A DNA stretch of 27,257 nucleotides from a virus (lineage: Duplodnaviria > Caudoviricetes): IMG/VR virus record IMGVR_UViG_3300005512_000272, positions 1 through 27,257 of that record; one strand, given 5' to 3'. The notes beneath the pieces were generated by a model. The model searched no databases, was not told where the DNA came from, and saw only the letters and a program-made list of their open reading frames with translations. This document shows, piece by piece, positions 20,562 to 27,257 of the stretch; positions within the stretch are counted from its first letter, which is position 1, and each line of letters starts with the position of its first letter. The translations under genes and the position numbers were made by a program.

Positions 20562-21695
20562 TCAGAATGCAGAACCAGCGGAGTTCGTGGTGTGCAGTTC
20601 AACAGCAGCAGCGGGATTCAGGTAATCAGCACCCATAGCCAGACGGCCAAGGATAACGTCACCCTGATAGATCACGCTCACGTCACCAGAAGTAACTTGC
20701 ACTTGTGGAGCGATTGCTTCAACACAAGCAGCAGCTTCCTTCTGGAAGATCAGGCCGCAGGAAGTAGATGCAACTTCAGCAGCGGTACCGTAATCGTTGT
20801 TGATGCCAGTAGTAGCGTCAGAAGCGTCTTCAAGAGCAGCTTCAACAAAGTCACCGGTGTTGCCAACAGTCTTACCAGCACTGGTGTAGTTCACACCGTA
20901 CTTGCCATGGAACGGAATGTTCATGGACTTGTAGATCTTGATACCGGCAATCTCAATGATGCCGTTACCACGCTGACGAGAAGTACCCTGCTCATCGCGG
21001 TTGACCAAACCGTTATCACCGACCTGCTGGATCAACGAGTAGTACTGGCGTGGGGAGAGAACACCCACACGTCCGTCTTGGCTGACACCCTTTTCGTCGA
21101 GAGCAGCAGCAGCGTCATAGAAAGCGGTAACCAGCTTAGCTGCGTCATAGGCGTCAGCAGCAGCACCACTACCAGAACCGACTTGGATCTGGGTACCACC
21201 CGGCTCCTCAAAGGAACTCATGGAGACAGGAGATGCCTTCCGTGCACCACGCAAGATGGAACGGAAGATGTAGCGGTCGTACTTCTCAGCAAGGGCGTAG
21301 CCAATCTTGCGGGAGATCTCAGAGCGCAGGTCGTAGTGGCTCAGAACTTCGTCCAATTCATAGACGAAAGCACTGGAGATAAGGAGATCATCGCAGGTGA
21401 TGGTCTTCTCAGCCACAGGAGGTGCCTTCTGGTCATTACCCAGAATGCTGTTGCCAGGAGTATGGAACTCACTGGTGGTGCGACCCGTGTAGATGAACTG
21501 CAAAGACTTGCCGTTCTTCAGGGTACGCTTCATAACAAGATCACGAGCGATCGTGTTATTTTGGAAGCCCTTAAACATCTCACCAGAGAAGAGCTTCAGA
21601 TACAAAGCACGCCTTTCCGCCGTAGTGCTTTCAACACCATTAGCGGAGCCAAGAAACTTGACATCAGCGGCCATATCAGATGATTGATGTGCCAT
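20562..21695 (-). CDS. Major capsid protein, gp10-like (377 aa)
   Basis: ALYLKLFSGE, RTLKNGKSLQF and DDLLIS...YDLRSEIS..IGYALA motifs of T7-like capsids. Confidence 0.96.
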   Translation of the reverse strand: MAHQSSDMAADVKFLGSANGVESTTAERRALYLKLFSGEMFKGFQNNTIARDLVMKRTLKNGKSLQFIYTGRTTSEFHTPGNSILGNDQKAPPVAEKTITCDDLLISSAFVYELDEVLSHYDLRSEISRKIGYALAEKYDRYIFRSILRGARKASPVSMSSFEEPGGTQIQVGSGSGAAADAYDAAKLVTAFYDAAAALDEKGVSQDGRVGVLSPRQYYSLIQQVGDNGLVNRDEQGTSRQRGNGIIEIAGIKIYKSMNIPFHGKYGVNYTSAGKTVGNTGDFVEAALEDASDATTGINNDYGTAAEVASTSCGLIFQKEAAACVEAIAPQVQVTSGDVSVIYQGDVILGRLAMGADYLNPAAAVELHTTNSAGSAF

Positions 21696-21719
21696 TAGTA
21701 GAGAATAAAATGTTAGTTA

Positions 21720-21845
21720 CCCTCTGATCGATCAGAATTTTGTTTGAAATTTTTGTGGTCTATCCCACCGTCTAGACGGCAAAGGGTGTCCGCGTACGGG
21801 CCGATGCCAATGAAGGGAGAGTCCGACTCTGAGGTGCTCTCCCAA
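21720..21845 (-). promoter_or_regulatory. Structured intergenic leader upstream of major capsid
   Basis: Stem GGGAGAG/CTCTCCC (21815-21843), GGCA..CCG-TACG-CGG..TGCC stem, and perfect palindromes CCGTCTAGACGG (21768-21779) and TCTGATCGATCAGA (21723-21736). Confidence 0.55.
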
Positions 21846-21853
21846 CTATTTAA

Positions 21854-21964
21854 TTAATCAGTAGCGTGGTTATGACGCTCGTCGGTCGCCTTCTCTTTTG
21901 GAGTCGGCTGAGGAGTAAGTGGTGCAGGCTTAGCCTTTGCACCTTGCTTAGTCTGTTGTGCCAT
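21854..21964 (-). CDS. Small hypothetical peptide (36 aa)
   Basis: Hand translation: MAQQTKQGAKAKPAPLTPQPTPKEKATDERHNHATD*. TAATG coupling to the upstream peptide. Confidence 0.65.
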   Translation of the reverse strand: MAQQTKQGAKAKPAPLTPQPTPKEKATDERHNHATD

Positions 21965-22071
21965 TATGCGTGCTTAGTTTTTAGATAGGTAACGCCGCGA
22001 TACTTCAGCTTGGCTTCCTTAACGGCAGCCGCTTGCTCTTTGACGCGAGCCTGTAGTTCAACATTAGGCAT
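21964..22071 (-). CDS. DUF4278-type downstream peptide (35 aa)
   Basis: Hand translation: MPNVELQARVKEQAAAVKEAKLKYRGVTYLKTKHA*. LxYRGVxY motif, GGAG SD just upstream, directly behind the riboswitch. Confidence 0.85.
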   Translation of the reverse strand: MPNVELQARVKEQAAAVKEAKLKYRGVTYLKTKHA

Positions 22072-22089
22072 GATGATCTCCATGAAGTA

Positions 22090-22141
22090 TCACACCCCCG
22101 TTCCATGGTGTGAATGTTATGCGTCCCCGAAGGGATGAACG
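22090..22141 (-). ncRNA. Glutamine-II riboswitch (Downstream-peptide RNA motif)
   Basis: Minus strand CGUUCAUCCCUUCGGGGACGCAUAACAUUCACACCAUGGAACGGGGGUGUGA. P1 is CGUUC/GAACG, P2 is CCC-UUCG-GGG, pseudoknot is UCACACC/GGUGUGA. It is followed by a YRGV peptide, as is known for this class. Confidence 0.88.
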
Positions 22142-22149
22142 TACGTTAC

Positions 22150-22509
22150 TTAGAAGGAATATTTCACACCAGCTTTGGTGCCATAGTCATTGGTACCTTC
22201 GTTAAAGCTGGCAGACAGTTCGCCATAAACTTTGAGGTGATCGTTTGCTTTCACACTGAAGCCAACCTTACCGGCGGGGACAGTGTCAGACTCACCACCA
22301 TCAACAGTGGTCACACTAGGACCACCTTCAATGAAGTAATCAAGAGTACCCACAGAGTCTTCATAACCCACAAACATGTCGGTAGAAGTCTTGGAGTAGT
22401 CAGTACCTGCATAGCTAGAAGAAGCTTCCAGGTTTACATAAACACCAGCAAAAGCAGGTGCAGCAAAAGAGGTCACCGCGAGGGTGGAAAGAGCGATTTT
22501 GTTGATCAT
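22150..22509 (-). CDS. Small outer-membrane beta-barrel-like protein with signal peptide (119 aa)
   Basis: Signal peptide MINKIALSTLAVTSFAAPAFA, alternating amphipathic strands, and C-terminal GVKYSF aromatic beta-signal. Confidence 0.8.
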   Translation of the reverse strand: MINKIALSTLAVTSFAAPAFAGVYVNLEASSSYAGTDYSKTSTDMFVGYEDSVGTLDYFIEGGPSVTTVDGGESDTVPAGKVGFSVKANDHLKVYGELSASFNEGTNDYGTKAGVKYSF

Positions 22510-22527
22510 TAAAGTTAAGTGTTTGTA

Positions 22528-23607
22528 TTAGCCGATTGCAGGTGCAGTCAGTGCGACAGGTGCGCTTTCTGCTGCAGCCAAATCGAGTGGAAAGTTGTGA
22601 GCATTACGCTCATGCATGACTTCCATACCGAGACCAGCTCGGTTCAGGATGTCAGCCCAGGTGTTGATGACTCTGCCATCAGACGCCTGGATAGATTGGT
22701 TAAAGTTAAAGCCGTTCAGGTTGAAGGCCATCGTGCTCACGCCGAGTGCGGTAAACCAGATACCCACCACAGGCCAAGCAGCCAAGAAAAAGTGAAGGCT
22801 ACGTGAGTTATTAAAAGATGCATATTGGAAGATCAAACGTCCGAAGTAACCGTGTGCGGCAACGATGTTGTAGGTCTCTTCCTCTTGACCAAACTTGTAA
22901 CCATAGTTTTGAGATACATCTTCAGTTGTCTCACGCACCAAAGAACTGGTAACAAGAGAACCGTGCATAGCAGAGAACAGAGAACCACCAAAGACACCAG
23001 CCACTCCCAACATGTGGAAGGGGTGCATAAGGATGTTGTGTTCTGCTTGGAAGACGAGCATATAGTTGAAGGTACCTGAAATACCAAGTGGCATACCGTC
23101 ACTGAACGATCCCTGACCGAAGGGGTACACCAGGAATACGGCTGTAGCCGCAGCAACAGGAGCGGAGTATGCAACAAAAATCCAGGGCCTCATTCCGAGT
23201 CGATAACTAAGTTCCCATTCGCGTCCCATGTAAGCGAAGACACCAATGAGAAAGTGGAAGACCACAAGTTGGTATGGTCCTCCGTTGTAGAGCCATTCGT
23301 CGAGACTGGCTGCTTCCCAGATGGAATAGAGATGTAGTCCGATTGCGTTGGAGCTGGGTACGACTGCTCCAGAGATAATGTTGTTTCCATAGAGAAGTGA
23401 TCCAGCAACCGGCTCCCGGATGCCATCAATATCAACAGGTGGTGCTGCAATGAATGCAACAAGAAAGCAAGTGGTAGCAACCAGTAGACAAGGAATCATG
23501 AGGACACCGAAGTGTCCTACATAAAGCCGGTTCTCAGTGCTGCTAACCCACTCAACATATTTGTCCCAAGGATTCTTGGAACGTTGTAGTGCGATAGTAG
23601 CTGCCAT
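22528..23607 (-). CDS. psbA: Photosystem II D1 protein (359 aa)
   Basis: Unmistakable D1 sequence: [52 protein letters not shown]. Uninterrupted. Confidence 0.99.
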   Translation of the reverse strand: MAATIALQRSKNPWDKYVEWVSSTENRLYVGHFGVLMIPCLLVATTCFLVAFIAAPPVDIDGIREPVAGSLLYGNNIISGAVVPSSNAIGLHLYSIWEAASLDEWLYNGGPYQLVVFHFLIGVFAYMGREWELSYRLGMRPWIFVAYSAPVAAATAVFLVYPFGQGSFSDGMPLGISGTFNYMLVFQAEHNILMHPFHMLGVAGVFGGSLFSAMHGSLVTSSLVRETTEDVSQNYGYKFGQEEETYNIVAAHGYFGRLIFQYASFNNSRSLHFFLAAWPVVGIWFTALGVSTMAFNLNGFNFNQSIQASDGRVINTWADILNRAGLGMEVMHERNAHNFPLDLAAAESAPVALTAPAIG

Positions 23608-23611
23608 TTAA

Positions 23612-23755
23612 TTACTTGATTTTTAGTTTTTTCTTTTTGCTGTTCGGGAAACCCTTCTTCATATCTGAATAGGATTTAGAGCTAACAGTAGAGTTTTTTT
23701 TAGAGCGAGAAGTACCAGCCTTCTTGCGCTTGTTAATGTTTTCGTAAAGACTCAT
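23612..23755 (-). CDS. Small Lys/Ser-rich basic protein (47 aa)
   Basis: Hand translation: MSLYENINKRKKAGTSRSKKNSTVSSKSYSDMKKGFPNSKKKKLKIK*. TAATG coupling to hli; ends 4 nt before psbA. Confidence 0.8.
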   Translation of the reverse strand: MSLYENINKRKKAGTSRSKKNSTVSSKSYSDMKKGFPNSKKKKLKIK

Positions 23756-23925
23756 TACCAGATTCCTGGGATAAGCTGTCCAGTTACTGCGTACGATCCG
23801 ATCGCAGCAATCACGCCGAGCATGGCAAGCCTGCCATTGAGACGCTCGGCGCGTTCGTTATGAGGGATGGAGTTTTCGTCGATGTACATACGTGGTTCAG
23901 TAGGCCAGATTTGTGTGTCGTTCAT
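23755..23925 (-). CDS. hli: High-light inducible protein (56 aa)
   Basis: Hand translation: MNDTQIWPTEPRMYIDENSIPHNERAERLNGRLAMLGVIAAIGSYAVTGQLIPGIW*. Has the AExxNGRxAMxG and TGQxIPG motifs. Confidence 0.96.
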   Translation of the reverse strand: MNDTQIWPTEPRMYIDENSIPHNERAERLNGRLAMLGVIAAIGSYAVTGQLIPGIW

Positions 23926-24665
23926 TAGAAAGAAATATTTGAACGATCCAATTTGTTAATAACATCTTGCCGGTACGCTGGATCATCGTCGTACCGGGGA
24001 TCATTCATTGCTTGGATAAGTTCTTGTTGGCTTCTGAATTGTGCTTGTGCTGAAGCTGGTTTACCTTGGATCAAGTTACCTTCGCTTCCTACAGCATCTG
24101 TATAGGCAGAGTTCAAACCTTTAATAGCTAGGTTGATTTGCTCCATGTTTCCTCCGTCGATGATCTGGTCAAATGCATTTACCTGAGCTTCACTGAAATT
24201 ATCTTGAGCCCAAGAGATCATTTGACTGTAGGCTTCTTCACCGCCAACAGACTTATAGATAGAGTCAACCTCACCTTGATTTAAATCACGATTCTCTTGT
24301 GCAGGCATGTTGCCTTGCATTGCTTTGAAGACATCAACACCACTCATTTCTGAAAGCTGTTTAGTTACTGCTTCTGACAGCTCTCCGCTTTCGTTGATTG
24401 ATCGGTAGGCTTCTTCCAGCCAAGCTGTTTCAGAAGTTTCTTCAGGCTCTGCTTGCACATCTTGTTCTTCTTGGCTGCCTAGTTTCTTTTGAAGCTCTAA
24501 ATAAGCAGCTTCTAGTTCTTCAGTATTTTTATATTTACCAGCTAGTCGCTGTTGATGAGCGGCTTCTAGCTCCTCACCTACCCTTAAAGAATCAGCAATA
24601 TCTTCCGCCTGGGAATCGATCACTTCAGTGGGTAAGCTGTTATCAGATGTAAGAATTTCTGCCAT
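23925..24665 (-). CDS. Capsid assembly scaffolding protein, gp9-like (246 aa)
   Basis: Acidic; LAGKYK..EELE.AY.EL, VGGEEAY..M..WA and AMNDPRY..DPAYR motifs; follows the portal. Confidence 0.92.
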   Translation of the reverse strand: MAEILTSDNSLPTEVIDSQAEDIADSLRVGEELEAAHQQRLAGKYKNTEELEAAYLELQKKLGSQEEQDVQAEPEETSETAWLEEAYRSINESGELSEAVTKQLSEMSGVDVFKAMQGNMPAQENRDLNQGEVDSIYKSVGGEEAYSQMISWAQDNFSEAQVNAFDQIIDGGNMEQINLAIKGLNSAYTDAVGSEGNLIQGKPASAQAQFRSQQELIQAMNDPRYDDDPAYRQDVINKLDRSNISF

Positions 24666-26224
24666 TATTCAATAGGTGGTTGTTGTTGCTCTAGCTCAGC
24701 AGCTAGTGCAGGGTTTTTAGATGGGTCATTGATAGGTGCAGACTGCATAGCTGCAGCTTGCTTAGTCATCTCCATCTCTTGTTGCTGCTGCATTGCAGCT
24801 TGTTGTTCCTCTTGCTGCTCATCCATAGACTTCACAAGGTTCAGTACATCGATACCTTGTGCAGCTGCTAGACGTTTGATGAACTCATCTGCATTGAGGT
24901 GTTGCATCATGCCTTCAGGTCCAATGGTCTGAGAAATAGTCATGATGAAGTTAGTCAAGGACTCACGATCCTGACCCCTACCAAGTGCATTGATGCCAGC
25001 AACGATGGTTGGCTTGACAAGGTTCTTTGGATACCTAGGTAGCTCACCACTACGCTGCATTGTCAACAGCTTACGGTTTAGATATGGGACAAGGAATTCA
25101 ACAGTCAGTAGACTGAATAGTCCGCCAAGCTGTTGCTCCAGTTCAAGTTGAGTAAGACGTACTTCCTCTGCAGTTGTCCGTTCGCTTTGACGTACAGTCA
25201 ACACAAGGAATGCCTCAGAGATGCGACGCTCAAGCGTTTGCATCTGTTGTAGGGCTGTTGCAAAGTCAGCAGTCTTACCAACTTGCACTACACCAACATC
25301 ATCTGGTCGTCCCTGAATGATGGCACCGTTGCCTGCTTTGCTCAGAGTCTGTGGTTTAGTTGTCGATGATGGTGAGACAAGGAAGATTACTTTTGCAGCT
25401 GCTGCAGAGCCTTCTGTGATGGCCTGAGAGAGTGCTTCAAGTGACTTCAGATCACCAATGAATTCTTCAACTCGGCCGCGACCGTAGTTCTCACCGTCAA
25501 CTGTATTGAATCTCAGCACGAGCCAAGGTGATGTTTCCTTAGGTGCCTTACCTTCAGTACCAGGAATCTTTTGGTCGTACACCTCTTGGTGCCAAAGCCA
25601 ACGGTTGTTCTGTAGTTTTACGTGTGTATAAACTTCGCAGTCGTTAGTTGCCGTGGTACTCTCATTAACCATGAGAGGATCCTTGACAATATCAACTGGC
25701 AGAAGTTCTTTGTTAATAAGTTCTTTGGTTACGATCTCAATTACGTTGCCGTTACCATCTCGTTCTACAACGTAGCGGTTCAATGGGTAGTGCTTAATCC
25801 CATCCTTACCCATATACAGAAGAGCATTACCACCAACAACAAGATGTTTAATGGCTTGGTGCACAGTGACACGATCGCTAGAAGCAGCGATAGAATCCAT
25901 CACCATACGCTCAAGTTTGGCAAAACTAAGATCAAGTTCAGAGCGAATCTCAGCAGGGATTTCAGTCCCAAGCTTTTCATCTGCAATCTGTAACTTAAAA
26001 AACGTAGTCTGAGGTGGTAGCAGAGCGAGCATCAACTTAGATGCAAGAGTAACTACCGCCTTAGATCCTACGGATTGCCAAGGTTGTGTAAGGGTTTTGT
26101 GGGAACTCCTCATCTCATCACGTTGGATGAGGTAAGGAAGAGTAAGCTCAGAGCATTGAACAGCTATGTGTAGAAACGATGTGCGGCCACTGCTTAGTGC
26201 ATCGTACCTACTTTTAGCTGACAT
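24665..26224 (-). CDS. Portal / head-tail connector, gp8-like (519 aa)
   Basis: PWQSVG...LASKLMLALLPP, GENYGRGRVEE..GDL.SLE.L and ERTTAEEVR motifs. Confidence 0.96.
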   Translation of the reverse strand: MSAKSRYDALSSGRTSFLHIAVQCSELTLPYLIQRDEMRSSHKTLTQPWQSVGSKAVVTLASKLMLALLPPQTTFFKLQIADEKLGTEIPAEIRSELDLSFAKLERMVMDSIAASSDRVTVHQAIKHLVVGGNALLYMGKDGIKHYPLNRYVVERDGNGNVIEIVTKELINKELLPVDIVKDPLMVNESTTATNDCEVYTHVKLQNNRWLWHQEVYDQKIPGTEGKAPKETSPWLVLRFNTVDGENYGRGRVEEFIGDLKSLEALSQAITEGSAAAAKVIFLVSPSSTTKPQTLSKAGNGAIIQGRPDDVGVVQVGKTADFATALQQMQTLERRISEAFLVLTVRQSERTTAEEVRLTQLELEQQLGGLFSLLTVEFLVPYLNRKLLTMQRSGELPRYPKNLVKPTIVAGINALGRGQDRESLTNFIMTISQTIGPEGMMQHLNADEFIKRLAAAQGIDVLNLVKSMDEQQEEQQAAMQQQQEMEMTKQAAAMQSAPINDPSKNPALAAELEQQQPPIE

Positions 26225-26535
26225 TAATATCCTCCAATGTTGAGGCCACTGCCTCCTGCATAGTTAGCGTTGGCTACTTGTGCAGCTGGTTGACGACTGA
26301 TGCGTAGATCAGAAAGCCTTGTCCGTCGCTTAGCGCGTTTGTTTTGACGAACACCTTGGCCAACTGAAGCTTGAGTTGCTTTAGCTTGGACAGGTGCTTT
26401 AGGTAAAGGCTTTGGCTTAGGCGGTTCCGGTGGTTTTTGGGGACCATCAGCAGGCATTCCCATAGCTAGTGAGGTGGCTTGGTTTTGGTCGTAGCCCTGG
26501 CGCATGTATTGCCTTACCTGGTTAGCAAAACTCAT
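26224..26535 (-). CDS. Small virion protein, T7 gp6.7-like (103 aa)
   Basis: Pro-rich middle, basic LRI..GGSGLNI tail, located immediately before the portal. Confidence 0.65.
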   Translation of the reverse strand: MSFANQVRQYMRQGYDQNQATSLAMGMPADGPQKPPEPPKPKPLPKAPVQAKATQASVGQGVRQNKRAKRRTRLSDLRISRQPAAQVANANYAGGSGLNIGGY

Positions 26536-26539
26536 TTAA

Positions 26540-26698
26540 TTACTCCTCTTGAAGTCTTTGTTTAATCCAATCAACGATGCTCTGCTGACCAGCGCGGAAC
26601 ATAATGTGGGTGATGGTATCTTCTGGTCCAGTAAATGGTGGTGGAAATTTATCTTCCAACTCTGCCAACAGCTTTTCAGGTGTTAGAAAGTTAAGCAT
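26540..26698 (-). CDS. Small conserved podovirus protein (52 aa)
   Basis: Start re-called to ATG at 26698: MLNFLTPEKLLAELEDKFPPPFTGPEDTITHIMFRAGQQSIVDWIKQRLQEE. Overlaps the upstream gene's end by 8 nt. Confidence 0.75.
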   Translation of the reverse strand: MLNFLTPEKLLAELEDKFPPPFTGPEDTITHIMFRAGQQSIVDWIKQRLQEE

Positions 26699-27257
26699 AT
26701 TGTGGGAGGTTTTGATTAGCGTGCTCAAAAAAGGCAGGCATTCTAGCTCTCTGTGTCTCAGAAAGTTCAGGCGCCTTACCCTCATACATCAGCCGATCAC
26801 TAGAATCAAGCCAAAATTTTTTGTCCAGATATTTATCAGCACTCTTGCCTAGTGGTTGCATGACCCAGGCAATAGTTGCCTTACGGAGTTTATCCAAAGA
26901 CGGCGAAGCTTCCAGCCCAAGCTCTCTACAAACCAAGCTATTTGTTGCGACGTGAACTTGCTCGTCTCTACTAATGTCAGCGCTGACGGTTCGCATCCCT
27001 GCGTCACCAGCAAACCGCATGAAGGGTAGTAGGACGAAAAAGATTGCACGCTCAGCAACCATGGCTTTAAGGAGAGTGTGATCAGGATGTTCTGTCCACG
27101 CATCACGCAGTGCGAGGGCTTCCCGCTCAGCTTTCGGATCAACGCCCCAAGCATCGGCGACATAACCCAAAGCCCTGTCGTGCTTAATTTCGTCTTGGAC
27201 ATTGCTCTCGAGTATTTCACGCGCGAGAAGTGGAACTTCAGTGGTGAGCGCATCACG
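26691..27257 (-). CDS. Ferritin-like dimetal protein, probable minimal class I ribonucleotide reductase beta subunit (5' truncated)
   Basis: Frame is open to the window edge (RDALTTEVPLLAREILESNVQDEIKHDRALGY...). Two DExxH motifs (DEIKH, DEQVH) with an intervening Glu (AERAIF). Confidence 0.75.
   Translation of the reverse strand, partial: RDALTTEVPLLAREILESNVQDEIKHDRALGYVADAWGVDPKAEREALALRDAWTEHPDHTLLKAMVAERAIFFVLLPFMRFAGDAGMRTVSADISRDEQVHVATNSLVCRELGLEASPSLDKLRKATIAWVMQPLGKSADKYLDKKFWLDSSDRLMYEGKAPELSETQRARMPAFFEHANQNLPQYA

Noticed and set aside
20513-20602. Open frame linking the capsid 3' end to tail tubular A (possible 10B-like frameshift)
   Set aside because: No clear slippery site, it crosses the terminator, and a capsid-gp11 fusion is implausible.
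20592-21683. 363-aa plus-strand ORF antisense to the capsid gene
   Set aside because: Shadow ORF from biased codon usage of a highly expressed gene; no recognisable motifs.
22072-22200. NtcA box or phage RNA polymerase promoter near the riboswitch
   Set aside because: No GTA-N8-TAC seen next to the riboswitch, and no repeated promoter consensus could be identified by eye.
22114-23480. Short alternative-frame and antisense ORFs over the OMP gene and psbA
   Set aside because: Shadows of well-supported genes; the same applies to the other short plus-strand ORFs in the track.
26849-27256. Alternative-frame 135-aa minus-strand ORF
   Set aside because: Overlaps the ferritin-like frame, which carries the conserved motifs.

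Overview
This window is the structural/late region of a T7-like cyanopodovirus. The host is probably marine Synechococcus, judged from the 359-aa D1 ending [19 protein letters not shown]. Every credible gene is on the minus strand. In transcription order: a truncated ferritin-like protein (probable RNR beta subunit), two small proteins, portal, scaffold, an accessory island, major capsid with intrinsic terminator, tail tubular A and B, three internal virion proteins, two very long tail fibres (1440 and 1479 aa) and three small genes. The accessory island holds hli, a Lys-rich 47-aa protein, psbA, a small outer-membrane beta-barrel, a glutamine-II (Downstream-peptide) riboswitch with a DUF4278-type YRGV peptide, a second coupled peptide and a structured capsid leader. 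Several real small ORFs are missing from the supplied track and were translated by hand. The most notable signal is the riboswitch-peptide cassette between psbA/OMP and the capsid gene, which has a visible alternative SD-masking stem. All family assignments come from motif recognition and synteny, not from database searches.
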